Assembly (NCBI GenBank): GCA_965644295.1
Contig: CBFFRP010000234.1
Span: 225,745-289,744 of the forward strand
Direction of reading: 5' to 3'
Origin: Paraphysomonas bandaiensis
Lineage: Eukaryota > Protista > Chrysophyceae
Length of the DNA: 64,000 nt
Below, piece after piece: positions 1-14,200 of this stretch. The position numbers were made by a program, and so were the translations under genes. The notes beneath the pieces are model-generated. The model had not been told where the DNA came from, searched no databases, and worked only from the letters and a program-made list of their open reading frames with translations. Positions within the stretch are counted from its first letter, which is position 1, and every line of letters begins with the position of its first letter.

Positions 1-784
1 TTTCAATGGAGACTTTGTTGACCGCGGATCGTTCTCACTAGAGGTGGTGGTTACACTGCTTGCCTGGAAATTGGCGATCCCAGATTGTCTCTATATGACT
101 CGCGGGAATCACGAAACAAAGGGCATGAATAAAATATACGGATTCGAGGGGGAAGTCGTTCACAAATTTGATCAGGTGGCGATGGGGATATTCTCAGAGG
201 TCTTTCAATGGCTTCCTTTATGTGCAGTTATTCATGATACAGTGTTCGTGGTGCATGGCGGTATAAGCACTCAGAACGATGGTTGCGTTACTCTGAAGGA
301 GATCGAAGGAATTCATCGCAACAGAGAACCCCCTGAGAGTGGACTTATGTCTGATCTGCTCTGGTCAGGTACGACGTCTTTATCTATTGGAGTACTTGTA
401 TGTGATCGAAAGTGACTAGTTTGAGTTATATAAAATATCTGCGCAGACCCGCAACCTCAACAAGGCAAAAGCCCGAGCAAACGTGGAGTGGGGTACTCAT
501 TTGGCCCCGATATCACTGCGAACTTCCTGCGCACGAATAATCTGAAGCTGTTGGTTCGATCTCATGAAGTCAAGGAAGAGGGTTATGTCGTGGAACATGA
601 AGGAAAATGTGTTACCATTTTTAGTGCACCCAATTACTGCGATCAGATGGGCAACAAGGGCGCTTTCATTAGGTTTAGCGAGGAGAATAATATGGAGCCT
701 GAATTCACACAATTTGATGCTGTTCCTCATCCCAATGTTCCACCCATGCACTATGCCTCCGCAATGTCGCAGTTTGGTTTGTAG
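1..784 (+). CDS. PPP5C: Ser/Thr protein phosphatase 5, 3' part (5' end outside window); intron 369-446
   Basis: PPP motifs GDFVDRGS, RGNHE, VHGG, LLWS|DP across a GT-AG intron, RSHE, SAPNYCDQMGNKGA, and PP5-type C-terminus FDAVPHPNVPPMHYAS. Confidence 0.9.
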
Positions 785-1197
785 ACGTACATACGAAAGT
801 AGGCACTCATGAATTTGAAAGTATAATCAAAGCGTCGTGTGTATCGTATCAAAGATACTGCTTCTCAATGACTTTCAGCTCTACTTTATATATTTTGCGG
901 TTAAACGTTTAAGAATTAACGTTCTTCATTAGTGGAAATGAACACGGTTCATCTGTTTGATAGAACGAACATCAGCAAAACAAGGCATATGAAATGTGTT
1001 TCTTAAACTTTCACCGTGTTTATGTACTGTTTGTACGCATCAGCTAGTATCAATAAAAATTATGTCTATGGTTTACTTGGTTATCACATAGTTGGTATAA
1101 GTGTATAAGTTAGAAGATAGCTGCCTATACCAGCAAGGCAGCTGGTTGTAATCCTGGAAAACAATGACATATGAAAGCAGTAAAAAAATGTCCATTG

Positions 1198-1430
1198 TGG
1201 GAATGGGCCCATCTTAAAAATTAAAAACTCAAAAATCCCGAAGTTAGCAGGTGTCAGCTATATCAGCATTCTGCTTGCTGGTTGCACCTTGGTACTTGCG
1301 ATGACGCACAAGCAGCTTTCGTAGCGCTAAATAGGAGGATGTCAGAGTTAAGCACTAGTTAAATTGTTTTGCTACATTAGTTCTGACTCTTTCATGCCTA
1401 TGATGGCTAATAATCAGATATTCACTATTA
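1198..1430 (+). repeat. Dispersed repeat family A, partial copy 1
   Basis: Shares gggaatgggccc...ctcaaaaatcccgaagtt...cattctgcttgct...gcacaagcagctttcgtagcg...tttgctacattagttctgactc with the copies near 8.9, 10.7 and 50.1 kb. Confidence 0.85.
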
Positions 1431-1868
1431 GCTATTAGGATATAATGTATACGGCAAAAAGTCAAAGAGGAATGGCTTAATTGACATTCAAATTGACCCA
1501 TGAGTTAGTTGTGTATATATAATATATTGATAATATGATGTATTATAGTACGAGGATAAATTCGTACTACAGAAACTTTGCTTTTGTTCTTGTATATTGT
1601 AGTATAAATCCTTTGTAGAGCTTTTAGGGGAGACGAAACATGCTCTGTGAGCTGCATTCTAGCTGAGGTGGACATAATCAAGAAAAGTGACCTTCAAGCT
1701 CTTTACTAACGCGTCAATACAATCTACTTAAGATGGATACTTAAGTTAAATGCTCGCTTGCTGATAGTATTTTATGAGAAAAGTGCGAAAAATAATTTCT
1801 AATATCAGCATCTATCAATCAGTACTACCCAGATATAGAGATCACGATTGCACTCAAGACTGAGCGCA

Positions 1869-4800
1869 CTACGTGCGAGACAATGGCTCGATAGTCACAC
1901 CAGCATCACGTGCATTCGCCGGTTTGATTTTCATGTACTTGTCAACGTTCAGAAACTCTTTCACAATGCGGCTGCCGTTATAGCTAGTACAACGATAGTG
2001 AATGTACAGTATTTACGGACATCAGGAAGCATTACCTCGTCATAATTTCCTCGTTTCCGCAGACGGCAGAAATGTAGACACTGAGAGCGTAGGCTTTCAG
2101 GTCGAGCATCTCATTTGACACAGAACGTGCATAAGATTCACTGGGAAAATGTTCATCGACATCTGTATTACGAAACATTAGCGCCATCAAAATCACTTTT
2201 GAACATTCTACAAACCTGACTGATAGTATTTCATGAGCTTAGCTCTCATTGCCTTGAAGTCCATGTAACTCTTCAATATGGTGTACGTCCGTACATCTTT
2301 TCCAACTGCACGAACCTCCAAAACAAATTCAACGTGTCTTTTACGAACTCTTGCCCACGAGATTACAGCCGCTGTGATACCTTGCTGCCAGTCGGAAGCA
2401 GATGCTGCGCCCCTTTTAATCTGACCAACATGTGTACTTCGCGTAGAGTAGTTCGAGCGAATTGCACTGGAGGCAGTTGCCGATGGAATATTCGTATCGA
2501 TCGGGGCAGCTGTATTAAATATAGTTGACGCTTTCTGTTTAACCATTTGTGGCCGCGGCATGGGGTTAGATGACACAACAACATCAGTGTTTTCCTCGCC
2601 TCGTTGAGTTGTATCTTCACTTAAAGTAGAAGACTGTGCTCCACTGACTTTACCTTCGGAGTTATAGACATCGGCTTCATTGACCTTGGTTTCAGAACTG
2701 TTTTTTGAATATCCTTCCATATTTTCAAGAACTGATGACAACCTCTGCTTAACGGCAGCAAGTTCTTCTTTGAGTGCTTTGTTCTCTTCGCGCAAATTTT
2801 CGATGATCAGTTTCGCGTCGATGTCAATACTAGCAGTGCTGCCTAATTTATCATCCTCTGATATATGCGTTGCTGGCGATACGTTATGTAGAATCTCCGC
2901 TTCAGATATTCCGGCGTTGTTTCGTTGCGCTTCTAGTCTGAGGGCTGTATTTTCTTTCTCCAGAATCTTGCTGCTCTTCAATAATGCTTCGTTTCGTCGT
3001 TCCATAGCTTCCATCTTTTCTGATGCATCACGCATGTCGAATAGCAAATTAGGATTAGCTTTAAGCTTCTCGTCAATATCAGACTGGGATACATACAATA
3101 AATACAGTGTTATACAGAAAATATAGTTATTACCAAGAAATTGGCTTTAGCCTCTGCATCAAGGCGTCTCTTTTCCATTGCTTTCTGTCGCTGTTATATT
3201 GAAAACAAAAATAAACACATCGGGGCTTTCGAATTATAACTTACTCACCATTTTCTCTCTGAGGACGAATACTTTCATGCGGGCTGCAGTACCCCTCCAC
3301 ATGCATTGTAGTTTCAGAGTGAGATCAAGCATTTTAGCCTTCAGCAGGCGAGCCTGGAATCCTCTGATATGGGCCTGAATCAAAAAGCATGCGGCTACAG
3401 ATTGCATATACTTCTTCCTAGCAATGTAGGACCTGTACTTCGTTTGAATAACAGTAGCGGATGAATACTTAAAGGCTTTGACGCTTTGACGGGCAACGTA
3501 GCCACGATAGCGGGCTTTCAATAAAGTAAAACCCCGAATAGTTTTTTTATATTTTGCCACAGCCAAAAACACCCGAACTCGTCGTTGTAGAACTAGAGTC
3601 GCTGCGACACAGTGCCTAGCAATCATTCGCCCTCTATGGGCAGCATACATGACAGAATGAGCAGCAGGGACCATTGCGCTTTTCGCATTCCCCTTTCTGA
3701 GGAGCACCATCAGATGCAATCGCCTTTGCATTCTCTTTGCAATCAGAGATACTGCACGTGCATGAAGATTCTCTAGCATCTCAAAAACAGGAGCTCGCAT
3801 AAAGACCTGAGACCTACCCATTTGAAGCCCACTGAACACATCAACATCAGAAGAAAACTTGGAGGCATCAGTCATATTGAGAACTGTGATGGTCAGTGAA
3901 ACAATGTCAATGAGCATGGATGCTGACGTCCGCCATAGGTCTTCCGCTCCGGTCACAAGAGCACGCTTAATGCACTCACTGAGATCCCGGGTGAGAGCGT
4001 TGACCCCACATACAACCAAGAATGCAGAGTATCGAGTCACGAAGAGCTTGAAGTCTAGACGATTAGGAAAGCCTGCACGAAACACCTGCACAGCACCTAG
4101 AGCACCACCACATCTAAGCTGATTCATAACCATGTCGTAGTCAAAGTGGTTAGCCTGCAGCTGGTTGTTTGGTTTTATACACCTGATAAAGTGCGATCGA
4201 GTTGAACGAATCTTAGTAATAAGATCGTTTAGCTGACGTGAGAATTGAGATGCCACAGAGGTTGTTTTCTTTCCGACAGACACATGCAGTTTTGACGCAC
4301 TCCTGCTGAAAGTTGAGGCACGATCTGGAGAAGAGTCGTGCTCTTTAGCTGCTTTACTTTTTTTCACATGCCTCCCTTCAGACACATTCGCAATATCTCG
4401 AAGTAGATCGCATTCGGACGACTCAAAGCTAAATAAGATCTCTTGGGCGATGTCATTGCGGTTTTTTTCAACAAATTCATTTGCACTATACCGCACATCA
4501 CAGGCGAAGTGGTGTACCACAAACTCTTGGCGCCCCTGCTCAGTTTTACTTGCACTGAAGTGTGCATGAGTAGAACATTTCGCATAGAACGTCTTCACGA
4601 GCTTATCGTCAGATGGCTTCGGAATCTTAAGTTGTTCGTCACATAACAGGAACAATCCGGTACGTTTATGTTCAAATAGCTCAAGCCTCTCTGAGTTGTC
4701 GGGGTAGTCTTTGAAATTCCACTGGATACCCTCCTCTTCGTACACCTCCTTTTCACTCTTGAATATAGCGTAGTTGAAATGATCTTGAAGTTTCTCGTTA

Positions 4801-6382
4801 GCAAAGTTGATGCACAGTTGCTCGAAAGAGTTCTTTGCAAAGTACTCGAAACCAAATATGTCGAGTACACCAATGAATGAGACAGATTCGTCGATGGAAT
4901 CTGAGCTCAACGAAGAATTGATTTCCTGTACCATCAATCGGAAAAGCAGATCATATAGGGTCTTTGCATACACATCTCGCGCAGCTAATGCCCCTTCTAC
5001 ATTAAGATTCTTTAGAATTTGATTTCCTGCAACCTTGATGCTACGCTTGGTGACAGCCTGAAGTAACGTACTTTCGTCGATCTGAAGCAGCTCGCAGATA
5101 CATTTTACGTGCACCTCACTGGCATGAGAAAATACTGCAGCATCCTCCCCAACTGTAGAGGAGGCATCGAATGACAGATTTCCGATATGAAGCACTGCTA
5201 TAACAGTTTTAAGTATTTCTTCTCTGCGCTCCGGTGATACGTCGATAGTTGCCAGTGCCCCCATTAGCTTACCTAAGTTATCCGCATCACTCTCCCCATC
5301 ACTTCGACAGTACTCGTCACTCATATTGACATACTTAAAATCTTTGAGAGATTGGCATCCCCACTTCACGCGCTGCTCATTTGATAGTCCTAAATATAGT
5401 CATGACTATTAAAGAGCAAAATGAAGATTTCGTTAGGGAAGAACCACCTGCAAACACCTCGTAGAATATGTGGTAATTTCGCTCGCCACTCAGCTGGGAG
5501 GTGACACGGACTGTCTCCAGTAGGTACGTTTGAATAAAAGCACCCACAATAAACCCATCCGTGGAGTAGCGTAGCTCGATAAATTTTCCAAACCTGGACG
5601 AGTTGTTGTTTCTGGCCGTCTTGGCATTTCCAAAGGACTCAGTGATAGGGCTGACAGCACTGACAAGGGATTGGATGTCCATTACCTCCTCATCAAGCTC
5701 AGTTGCTAACGCTGCAGAAGTCACTGCAAGGAAGCGCAATACTTGTTTGGTGGACTCAGTTTTGCCTGAAACAACGCGGCGGTGTCACTTAAACAAATCA
5801 AAAATTGTGCAATCACAACATGCCTGCCCCAGATTCTCCATTGACCAAAATCGATTGATTTTCTCGTTTGTCAGGGTCGTACTTGTCGATAAACATACGA
5901 ATATAAGCACTGTTAGCAATTTGAAACACATGAGGCCCATGCTTTCTCATCGTAGCCTGATCTGACTGAAAATACTTCTGAATTGTGTCTTGTGAGTACA
6001 CAGTTTTATCCAGCTCTTCAAATGGATTCACTGCTACAAGAATAGGTCCTATACTTGTGTATATTGCCTTGTCGATATACCTCAATCGAAGGCATTCAAT
6101 CATTTCCGGTTCATTTAAGAACGATAGTGACGTCATATCAGTGACATCAGCCGCACCGCTCATATCTTTATCTCTCTTCTTAACTAAATCGAATTCCAGA
6201 CAGAAAGAGTCCGTTGCAGACGTTTTTATCTCAAGTGATCCGCCTGTAAGATCCGTTATGTTGAATATCCATGAACCTGTGTCGTCCTTTGAGTGGCTTG
6301 AGACGAACCCTGCGCGCCAGGGGACACTTGACTCTGATGTGAACCACACCGCTGCGTTACTCCATGGGTCATATGAGGACAT
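1869..6382 (-). CDS. Myosin heavy chain (SH3-like N-terminus, motor, ~5 IQ motifs, coiled coil, C-terminal PX-like domain), multi-exon
   Basis: P-loop NGESGA|GKTES, NNNSSRFGKF, LDIFGFE, FIRCIKPN, IQ-like motifs (IQTKYRSYIARK, IQAHIRGFQAR). Spliced tail VEFVLEV...KSYMDFKAMRAKL...FP...IVKEFL resembles PX. Stop TAG at 1871-1869. Confidence 0.9.
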
Positions 6383-6914
6383 TGTTAGGCTGCTGTTGGG
6401 ATAGAGAGTATGGGATAGTGGGGGGGGGCTGTGTATGTATGTGTATGAGTGGATGCTCCTGTTGCTTTGTATGACTCAAGATCCTACATGCGTTCAATCA
6501 TGGTATCATCTTGCTGTGTACAGCAGCAGTCTGTTGCAGTGTACGAAGTGCGGTGTTGTGATAGTATCCTGTGCAGAGTATCCTCCCATATCTTGCATAC
6601 ACGTACAGCAGTATGTATGCCTGGGATCGCAGAGGGTGTGGTGTGTATAATTTACTTAGAAAACACAGATATTTTAACAGAAAACTCCACTTTTCGGGAA
6701 GTGTGGAATACAGTGACAGTATACTGTCTGTATGCAGTAGTCAGGTCAAAGTATACAGCACTATCTACAGCAGCTGTATGTATGTATGTATGTATGTATG
6801 GCGTGATGTTCATCTCGCTGTCGTGTAATTTGAATCATGGCACACAGAGAGGACGTGAGCTGCTGTATGAACCACCGTATGTGCAGTGATACACTCCTAT
6901 GATATAATTCCCTC

Positions 6915-8386
6915 ATGAAACACGCTCTGTTGTCTGTGTGTCTGCTGCTAGTGCACTCGCTCAGTGTCTCTGTCTCGAGTGGTGGCTTCTCATCAGTCCC
7001 TGCTAACGGGTCCTTCTCATGTCTAGAGCTTCAAAAGTGGGCAAAGACTGAAAAGCACTACTCGAATGATCGAAAGACATCTCTTTTTGCTCTGATGACG
7101 CCAGAGGAGTGCCTTAAACAGCCGGTCATTCGAGTGCAGAGTGTGAAATATTCACAGTACAACTCAAACGAAAAATATTTCAGTTCTGCTAAAGATAAAT
7201 GCGCAGAGCATGATGAGAATGCGGTTGTTTTTCTCTCTAATTTTTCAATCAATCATAATTTCTCACATTTTTTGCATGCGTTGCTTCGTCTGTTCTGTGC
7301 CCTTGTCGATGCACGCTACATCACTTATGATGAAAAGACTGATTCATTTGTGAAATCAAATTACATTATTTGGATAGACGAGAATTTTAAACTATCTTCA
7401 CGTGGATTTGAGTGGTTGTCTATGATGGGTCCAGTTCGTAAATTGGGAAGTCTGAAAAGGGGGACATGTGTGTCCGCCAACTCGGTGGTGTATGGAAGTG
7501 GGTGTGTCCACCTTCTTCCTCCAGAAAAGTGGTATGGCTATCCTGGATGCAGAGCGAATAAGGTGTGCATTCTGTAGACTAATGGCATGATCCCACGCCC
7601 TATACTTGCTATCTTGTTATTATGTGCAATGATTTATGCATGTTGTTGAGCAGGTACTGCCATCTTTTGCAGCGTTTGTCAGAGCACATCATAAGATTAG
7701 CAATATTGCTCCTGTTGTGCGGGTGGACAATCGTGGTGTGGTAGACACGAATAAATTAAGCTTGGCATTTTCAGTTCGCAAGGTGGGCGACCTTACTGGT
7801 AAAAGGTCTATTTCCAACCTTGCTCAGGTAAAGATTCTACTCTCGATAGTCTTTGTTAGTTTTAAGTCTTTCATAACAGTTACAGACCGTGCTTGACAAA
7901 TCAATGAGGGTTTCCCATCAACTGAACAATATATCATTCGAAGATCTTGATGTTCCTTCAGTGGTACACCAGATGTCTCGCGTGCACGTGTTTGTGTCTG
8001 TGCATGGGGCGGGTATAACAAACACCTTTTTCATGCTTCCAGGCACGGCTGTAGTAGAAATCCTACCATTCCCTCTTTGTAACTGCCGCAGCCCGGACTA
8101 CTTTTATGGCATGGCCGGGTACTATCAGGGCAGTTCAATGGCTCTGGGGCTTAAGCACTACACTTATTGTGTACCAGCTTTTCACACAAAGTGGCACGAG
8201 AAGCCGAAAGACGCATCTCCGAATGTAAAATGCAACTGGAGACATCTGCATGCAGTAGAAGAAGTGAGGATAGATGAGACGAACTTTGCATCACTTATAC
8301 GTAGTATTGAAAGAGAGCTTATAGCAGATGGTGCAGTTGAGATAACTACTCCTATTATTAGCCTAAATCCGCATGTAAATGGGTAA
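6915..8386 (+). CDS. Glycosyltransferase family 61 (EOGT/DUF563-like), secretory; exons 6915-7562, 7654-7827, 7880-8386
   Basis: N-terminal signal peptide, NFSHFLH motif, GT61 signature VFVSVHGAGITNTFFMLPGTAVVEILP. Confidence 0.8.
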
Positions 8387-8713
8387 CGATTATGTTATTT
8401 TTAATAAGCAATCTTTATTAAACGTTGGCGAGAATATATTGAAAAGATTGCTTTACTGACATTCATCAACATAATAAGTTTGAACCCTGTAAATAATTTG
8501 GCGATATGTCTACTATCTACTACTCGAGATATAATATTACGCCGTCAACATATAGTAAACACTCGAATGTGTAGTCTACAAGCAAGTTGTACTGAATGCT
8601 GAATTACAGTGGGCTATTTAAAACAATTTAGCCTGCTGTGTTTCAATCAATAGAAAAGAATGAACATAGCACTTTGGAGGCATTAGAAAATCGTTAATTA
8701 TTATTATTTACTC

Positions 8714-9147
8714 GTGGTTTTCTGGGAGATCAGTACCGGTATCTCCTGAAAACTAACGTGATCCGCATATATAGTCAGCGGATATCGTTCTGCTCACTCG
8801 AAGTCAAATGCTTGTGTGATACAACAAGGGACACTGATTAGTGTCACTTGTGTAGACGTCTTTGCCCTTGACGAATAAACAAGCGGAATGGCCCCACCTT
8901 AAGGGCATCCGCGGTATTGGGCTGCCTTCTGAAGTCAAGTATCCGGGAATGGGCCCACCTTAAGAACTCAAAAATCCCGAAGTTTGCAGATGTCAGTGTG
9001 TCAACATTCTGCTTGCTCACTGCGTTTGCCTTGAGTAATAGAGCGAAAGTTGTTGCCCCTCGGTGCTTGCGGTGACGCACAAGCAGCTTTCGTAGCGTTA
9101 AATAGTAGGGTATCATAGTTAAGCACTAGTTAGTTAAATTTTTTTGC
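8714..9147 (+). repeat. Dispersed repeat family A, long copy 2
   Basis: Colinear with the reverse complement of 50011-50479; has an internal direct repeat g(g)gaatgg(g/c)cccaccttaag. Confidence 0.85.
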
Positions 9148-9807
9148 GAAAAATTCTCTGCCCTACGATGGCAAATACAGTCCAACATAAAGTTTCACCC
9201 TATTAACCAGCTCCAAGCCCAATGTCTCTATTGAGACCGTGGCTGAGTCACATCAGTGTGCCCAGGGCCTTTTACACTCCCTTACTGCTGCATTTTGTTG
9301 ACCACCACGCTTCCGACAAATTACCTGTCACACCATGTTGTACACGCTCCAAGCCCCCCTGCCTGGCCTTGCAACCTTCACCCTACTCAACTACTTCAGT
9401 TAAACCACGTGCCTGCACCAATGCAGCGCTGACCGCACCTATGTGCTATCCCCTCAGCAGACAACTTCGTCTCACCCATCGCTTTCTACGGCTACAACCT
9501 CTCAGAACATGGCTCGTGCGAGCAGGCTCACGAAAACGACCCCCATGGACCCCCTATGCAATCACTGAATACTCTCGATCCCTCTCAACTGTGCAACAGG
9601 GCTGCCTTCTGCCGCCCACTCAACCCAACCCAACATGGTTTGTCTGTGGTCCATCCACCCAGCAGGCTACCCCCTCACCCTGTTCACCTATCACCCCCAC
9701 AGCCCATCCATCTCATTGGATAGACACTGTATTCCGCATACGGTATACTCGACTACTGTACTACTGTGTCCTACAGGATGTATACCATTCCGTGTATACC
9801 TCTACTG

Positions 9808-9951
9808 CTGTTGGACACATCACCATGTCCATGTACCTGTATACCTGTACTGTTGGACACATCACCATGTCCATGTACCTGTCTACCTGTACTGTTGGAC
9901 ACATCACCATGTCCATGTACCTGTCTACCTGTACTGTTGGACACATCACCA
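9808..9951. repeat. 42-bp minisatellite, ~3.4 copies
   Basis: ctgttggacacatcaccatgtccatgtacctgt(a/c)tacctgta units start at 9808, 9850, 9892 and 9934. Confidence 0.95.
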
Positions 9952-10720
9952 GCTCTCTCTCACTGTCCAACACACTCATAACACCACTGCAGTGTCATAC
10001 ACACACACAGTACACTCTACCTCCTCCTAGAAAACCCCCAGACAAACTATCTCCTCTCCCTTCGTCTCTGATACCTTGCCGTCATCTTCCTTACACACAC
10101 TCTCTATGCCTCAGCCTGTACCCCCCTGCACCAACACAGACACTAACAAGGGCAGCTGAGGACGTCCGAGTGTCTCCTCCAGACCATCATCATCATCACG
10201 ATCATCTCGTGCATAGGGCTATCAGAGTACTCGACCTCAGTGACTCTTGTTCTGTTGCGCAGTCTCACTCCCCTCAATCAGATGTTGCCTCTCTTGCACC
10301 ATCACACTCCCTCTCGACTCCCTGTAGCTGGACACACCGGATGACCCTCACATCCCACCCCTGTACAGCTATACACCCTCTTGCATGTGTTCTCTACCGC
10401 TGGCTAAGACAGCAAAAGAGCCGATTTCGACGCTTCTTCACAGTAGGCCATAACCTTTTGCAAGACCTTCATCCACATACCTCCGAGCCACTTGGAACAA
10501 TGCCTAAAGGAAGGCCACCAGATCGCCAATCTCAGAAGGGCATATTACTGTTTCCCCTAACTGCCAGAAGGCTAATAAGTCAGTCCCCGTGAGGTACATA
10601 AGGCTATCTATCATATAGCGAGTGGAGTCTCATCCCAAGAGGAGACCTCCAGATCACACGCGCCGGTGAGTCCCAGGACACACGATCATGGCGAGCCTCA
10701 TAACACACACTAAGAACGGA

Positions 10721-10975
10721 AGTGGTTGCACCTTGGTGCTTGCGGCGACGCACAAGCAGCTTCTGTAGCGTTAAATAGTAGGATAAAAGAGTTTGTATTG
10801 ATTAGTTACGGGTAGTAGTCTAACTAGTATGACTAGCATTCTTCTAGCCACTAATTGGTGCAGGCTTTCAACGCCTATTGCTAAATAATCAGACATTCAA
10901 TATATAAATTTTTTTGCTACATTAGTTCTGACTCTTACATGCCTATTACTAATAATATGACATTCACTATTCACT
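10721..10975 (+). repeat. Dispersed repeat family A, 3' partial copy 3
   Basis: gtggttgcaccttggtgcttgcggcgacgcacaagcagc... and tttgctacattagttctgactc match the other copies. Confidence 0.85.
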
Positions 10976-11228
10976 ACAACACCTAGCCAGCACAGAGACG
11001 ATGTTTTTTCTATATTCACTAAACGCAGAACGGCACTGGAAAGGTGATGATAGAAGTATCTTGCAGACAAAATGGCAATGCTAAGACCAACTACAATAGG
11101 ACGCTTTATCCCATGCTTAACCTGCATAGAAGTTAACAGTGCATCGTGTACCACTGTGGCATTTGCTTGTGAAATAGTGAGATATAATGCTGGTATGCGG
11201 TTTTATTACCCAAAATTCTCAAACTAAT

Positions 11229-14200
11229 CTATACTGCAAAATCTGGATCATTTCGAAGTTTCTTCATTATCTTCTTCTTGTAATCCCGGAAGCTTCCGTC
11301 GAAACGATTCAGGCGCTTCTTTGAAAGGACCCAAAGCTGACCATCTACCACATCAGCAGCTCGAACATTTTCTTTTCTAATGCCATCAGCTGAACCCGTT
11401 AAGAGACGGTTGATGAATGCCTCGTCGTGTGAGACGACAATAATAGCCCCCTGTTACTCATTAGTGCAATTGTCGAAATTTCAATGGAATTGCAATGATT
11501 ATTACCTTGTATGTATCCAGAGCATCCCCAAGGGCCCTCACAGTGTCAGAGTCTAAATGATTTGTGGGCTATATACAAACGTCCCAACGAAGTGAGCAAG
11601 TTTACGTTGAGATAATAAGCGTACCTCATCCAATATCAGTACATCGGGCTTGTTATACAAGGCCACGGCAAGAGCTACTTTCATTCTACAGAATCCCCAT
11701 CATAAAAACAGAACAAAAGATAGCCAACAGAGCACGTTGCCCACAGATAATCGCCATTACAATTTCATGTACGTCGCCTACAACAGAAAACCTTACCGTT
11801 GACCTCCGCTTAGATATCTAACAGGGATTACAGCACGAGTGCCCTGGATACCAAAATTAGCTAAATACGAACGCTGAGCTGTTTCCTCCTGTCGTGTCCC
11901 TGGAATAAACGATAGTTATATACTTCTTTTTACAAGAAACAATGGCACTAATTCACACGATATGCAGATTACGTACACTATGGACATTTCGTACAGACAA
12001 ATTACGTACAGCACTCATCGATACATAATACACAGGGTGCAAATACACACCTGGGTCATATAATCCTACGGCATTGGAAGCATCTTGAGGCATGTCGCGC
12101 ATATGCTCGAGGGGATTTTTGTCAGGATCTAACTGTTCACCCTTGTAGTGGTGCTGCTGAAGCATAGTTATACGGCATCCCGTGTGGCGACGAATAGTGC
12201 CAACGGAAGGATCAAGTTCCCCCAGAAGAACATTCAATAAACACGTTTTCCTGATGATACGTTAACTATTGATCAACCACATACACAACATGCAACACCG
12301 TACCCACAACCATTCTTTCCAATAATTCCTATACGCCCTCTGGGTGGGACAATGAAGTCTACATCCTCGAATAAGTTATTGCCCTGCTCCCATCCAAACG
12401 AAGCTCGTTCAACGCCGATCAAAACCTGATATGGCATTTTACAATTTGGTCAATATCGCATCCAATTCATATGTACTTCACCCAGACTCACCTCATCATC
12501 TGCAAATATTCCACTGGGTGGTGGAATCGTAAATGATCCTAAACCAATACAAAAAAGTCATATTTAGCACACTAAAAAAAATATTCACAGCCAACACACC
12601 TTCTATGTCTTCCTCAATTTCCTCAATATCTTCCATGTTTTCAAGTTTCTTCATTTTCATCTTGCGCTGAGACTGATGGCCCGATCCGTCATATTTTTTG
12701 CCTTCGCGGGATATGAATTCCTTGAGCTTATCCTTCTGTAGTTCTTGTGCGGCTTTAGCTCTCGCTAGAGCTCTCCGTCTATCCTCAAGGGTAACTTCAT
12801 ACGACCGATAATCACCTGTTTATCGGCATTTACAAAAAGTATATATGATTCATGCCCTTTTGTACGTGCCTGAGAAATGAGTCAAAGCACCTTTCTTCTG
12901 TCCAGCAAGAGTAGATCGGAGCTCCAGTATGTCTGTGCATACAGCGTCCAGGAAATACTGATCATGCGAAACAATTAGGGCCATTCCCTCAAACCGATGG
13001 GTTAGATAGTTCTCTAGCCATACGAGGGCATGAAGATCGAGATGGTTAGTAGGCTACAGCAAAGTTACAGTTAGTGAAACGCAATCTACAGATATGTAAC
13101 AGAACATTAAATAGAGAGTGTTATATATGATAGTCCACTACAATTCAATAATATGTAAGATACATTGTCCCACGATTCCAAAAAATCTATGTGAAATGAA
13201 CTGATGTGTGGTACATAGTTATTAATTCACAGTGAACAGCGAGTATCCATGAGGAAAGGAACAGTACCCCAAACAATACTACCTCATCCAACAATAGCAA
13301 ATCAGGAGCCACAAAGAGCGCAGATGCCAAAGCTGCTCGCATCGCCCAGCCACCACTTAGGCTACGTGTGGGGACAGTAGCTATAGTATCCGGATCAAAC
13401 CCTAAACCTGTTAAAATGCGCGTAGCCCGAGCTTCAGCAGTAGAAGCACCTGTACAAATGTAAGAATACAAATAGACAGAAGTTTTGATCTATATATTCC
13501 ACATCTGAACATATTTTTCTTAATTACAGTCTACCATATGCAACAACACCACACAAGCAACATTTATCAAAGTTAGAGCATGGGTTACATTGCACTCACC
13601 AATGATCTCCATACGCTCATACACCTCTGCAAGAGCCACCTCCAAATTGACACCTTCCATGTCTGGTGGTACTGGATCGGTCCCGTGTATCATAGCATTG
13701 AGTCGAGCCTCGTCTTGTAATAACGATGTTCTCTCGACATCGGCTCTCAACAACCACTTCGAAAAGTTGTTATGACTAGTACGTGCCATAATATATACAT
13801 GAAAAAGTGTATACATGCATGTACAACACAAGAGTGCATCGGCATACAATAAATTGTAGCAATCCACAGTGGGCAGTAGGTAGTCACAGACAGTGTGTGT
13901 AAAGACCAATTACCTGCATTGGAGTATCGTCATCACCCTCCACATGCTGCTCTACTAATAATATTTTGAGGTGATCTAAACCTGGCAAGGCATAGCACGC
14001 CAGTGATCGCATAAGGGTCGTCTTGCCTACACACCACACATTCTCTCAGTCAGCTACTTTATATTGATAAGAAATATCTATTCTAATACCACGCATCTTA
14101 AAACTACACAATCAGCCGTGATTGTCATAAATACTATGAAAAAATATATTCTGCTAGTCATACCTGCTCCATTTCGGCCAATGAGACCATAGCGTCTTCC

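Noticed and set aside
9808-9951. CRISPR-like array
   Set aside because: Units are contiguous with no unique spacers, and the context is eukaryotic
9222-10592. 456-aa ORF as a host gene
   Set aside because: No recognisable domain, compositionally biased, contains a minisatellite and lies inside a repeat-bounded block; kept only as possible TE cargo
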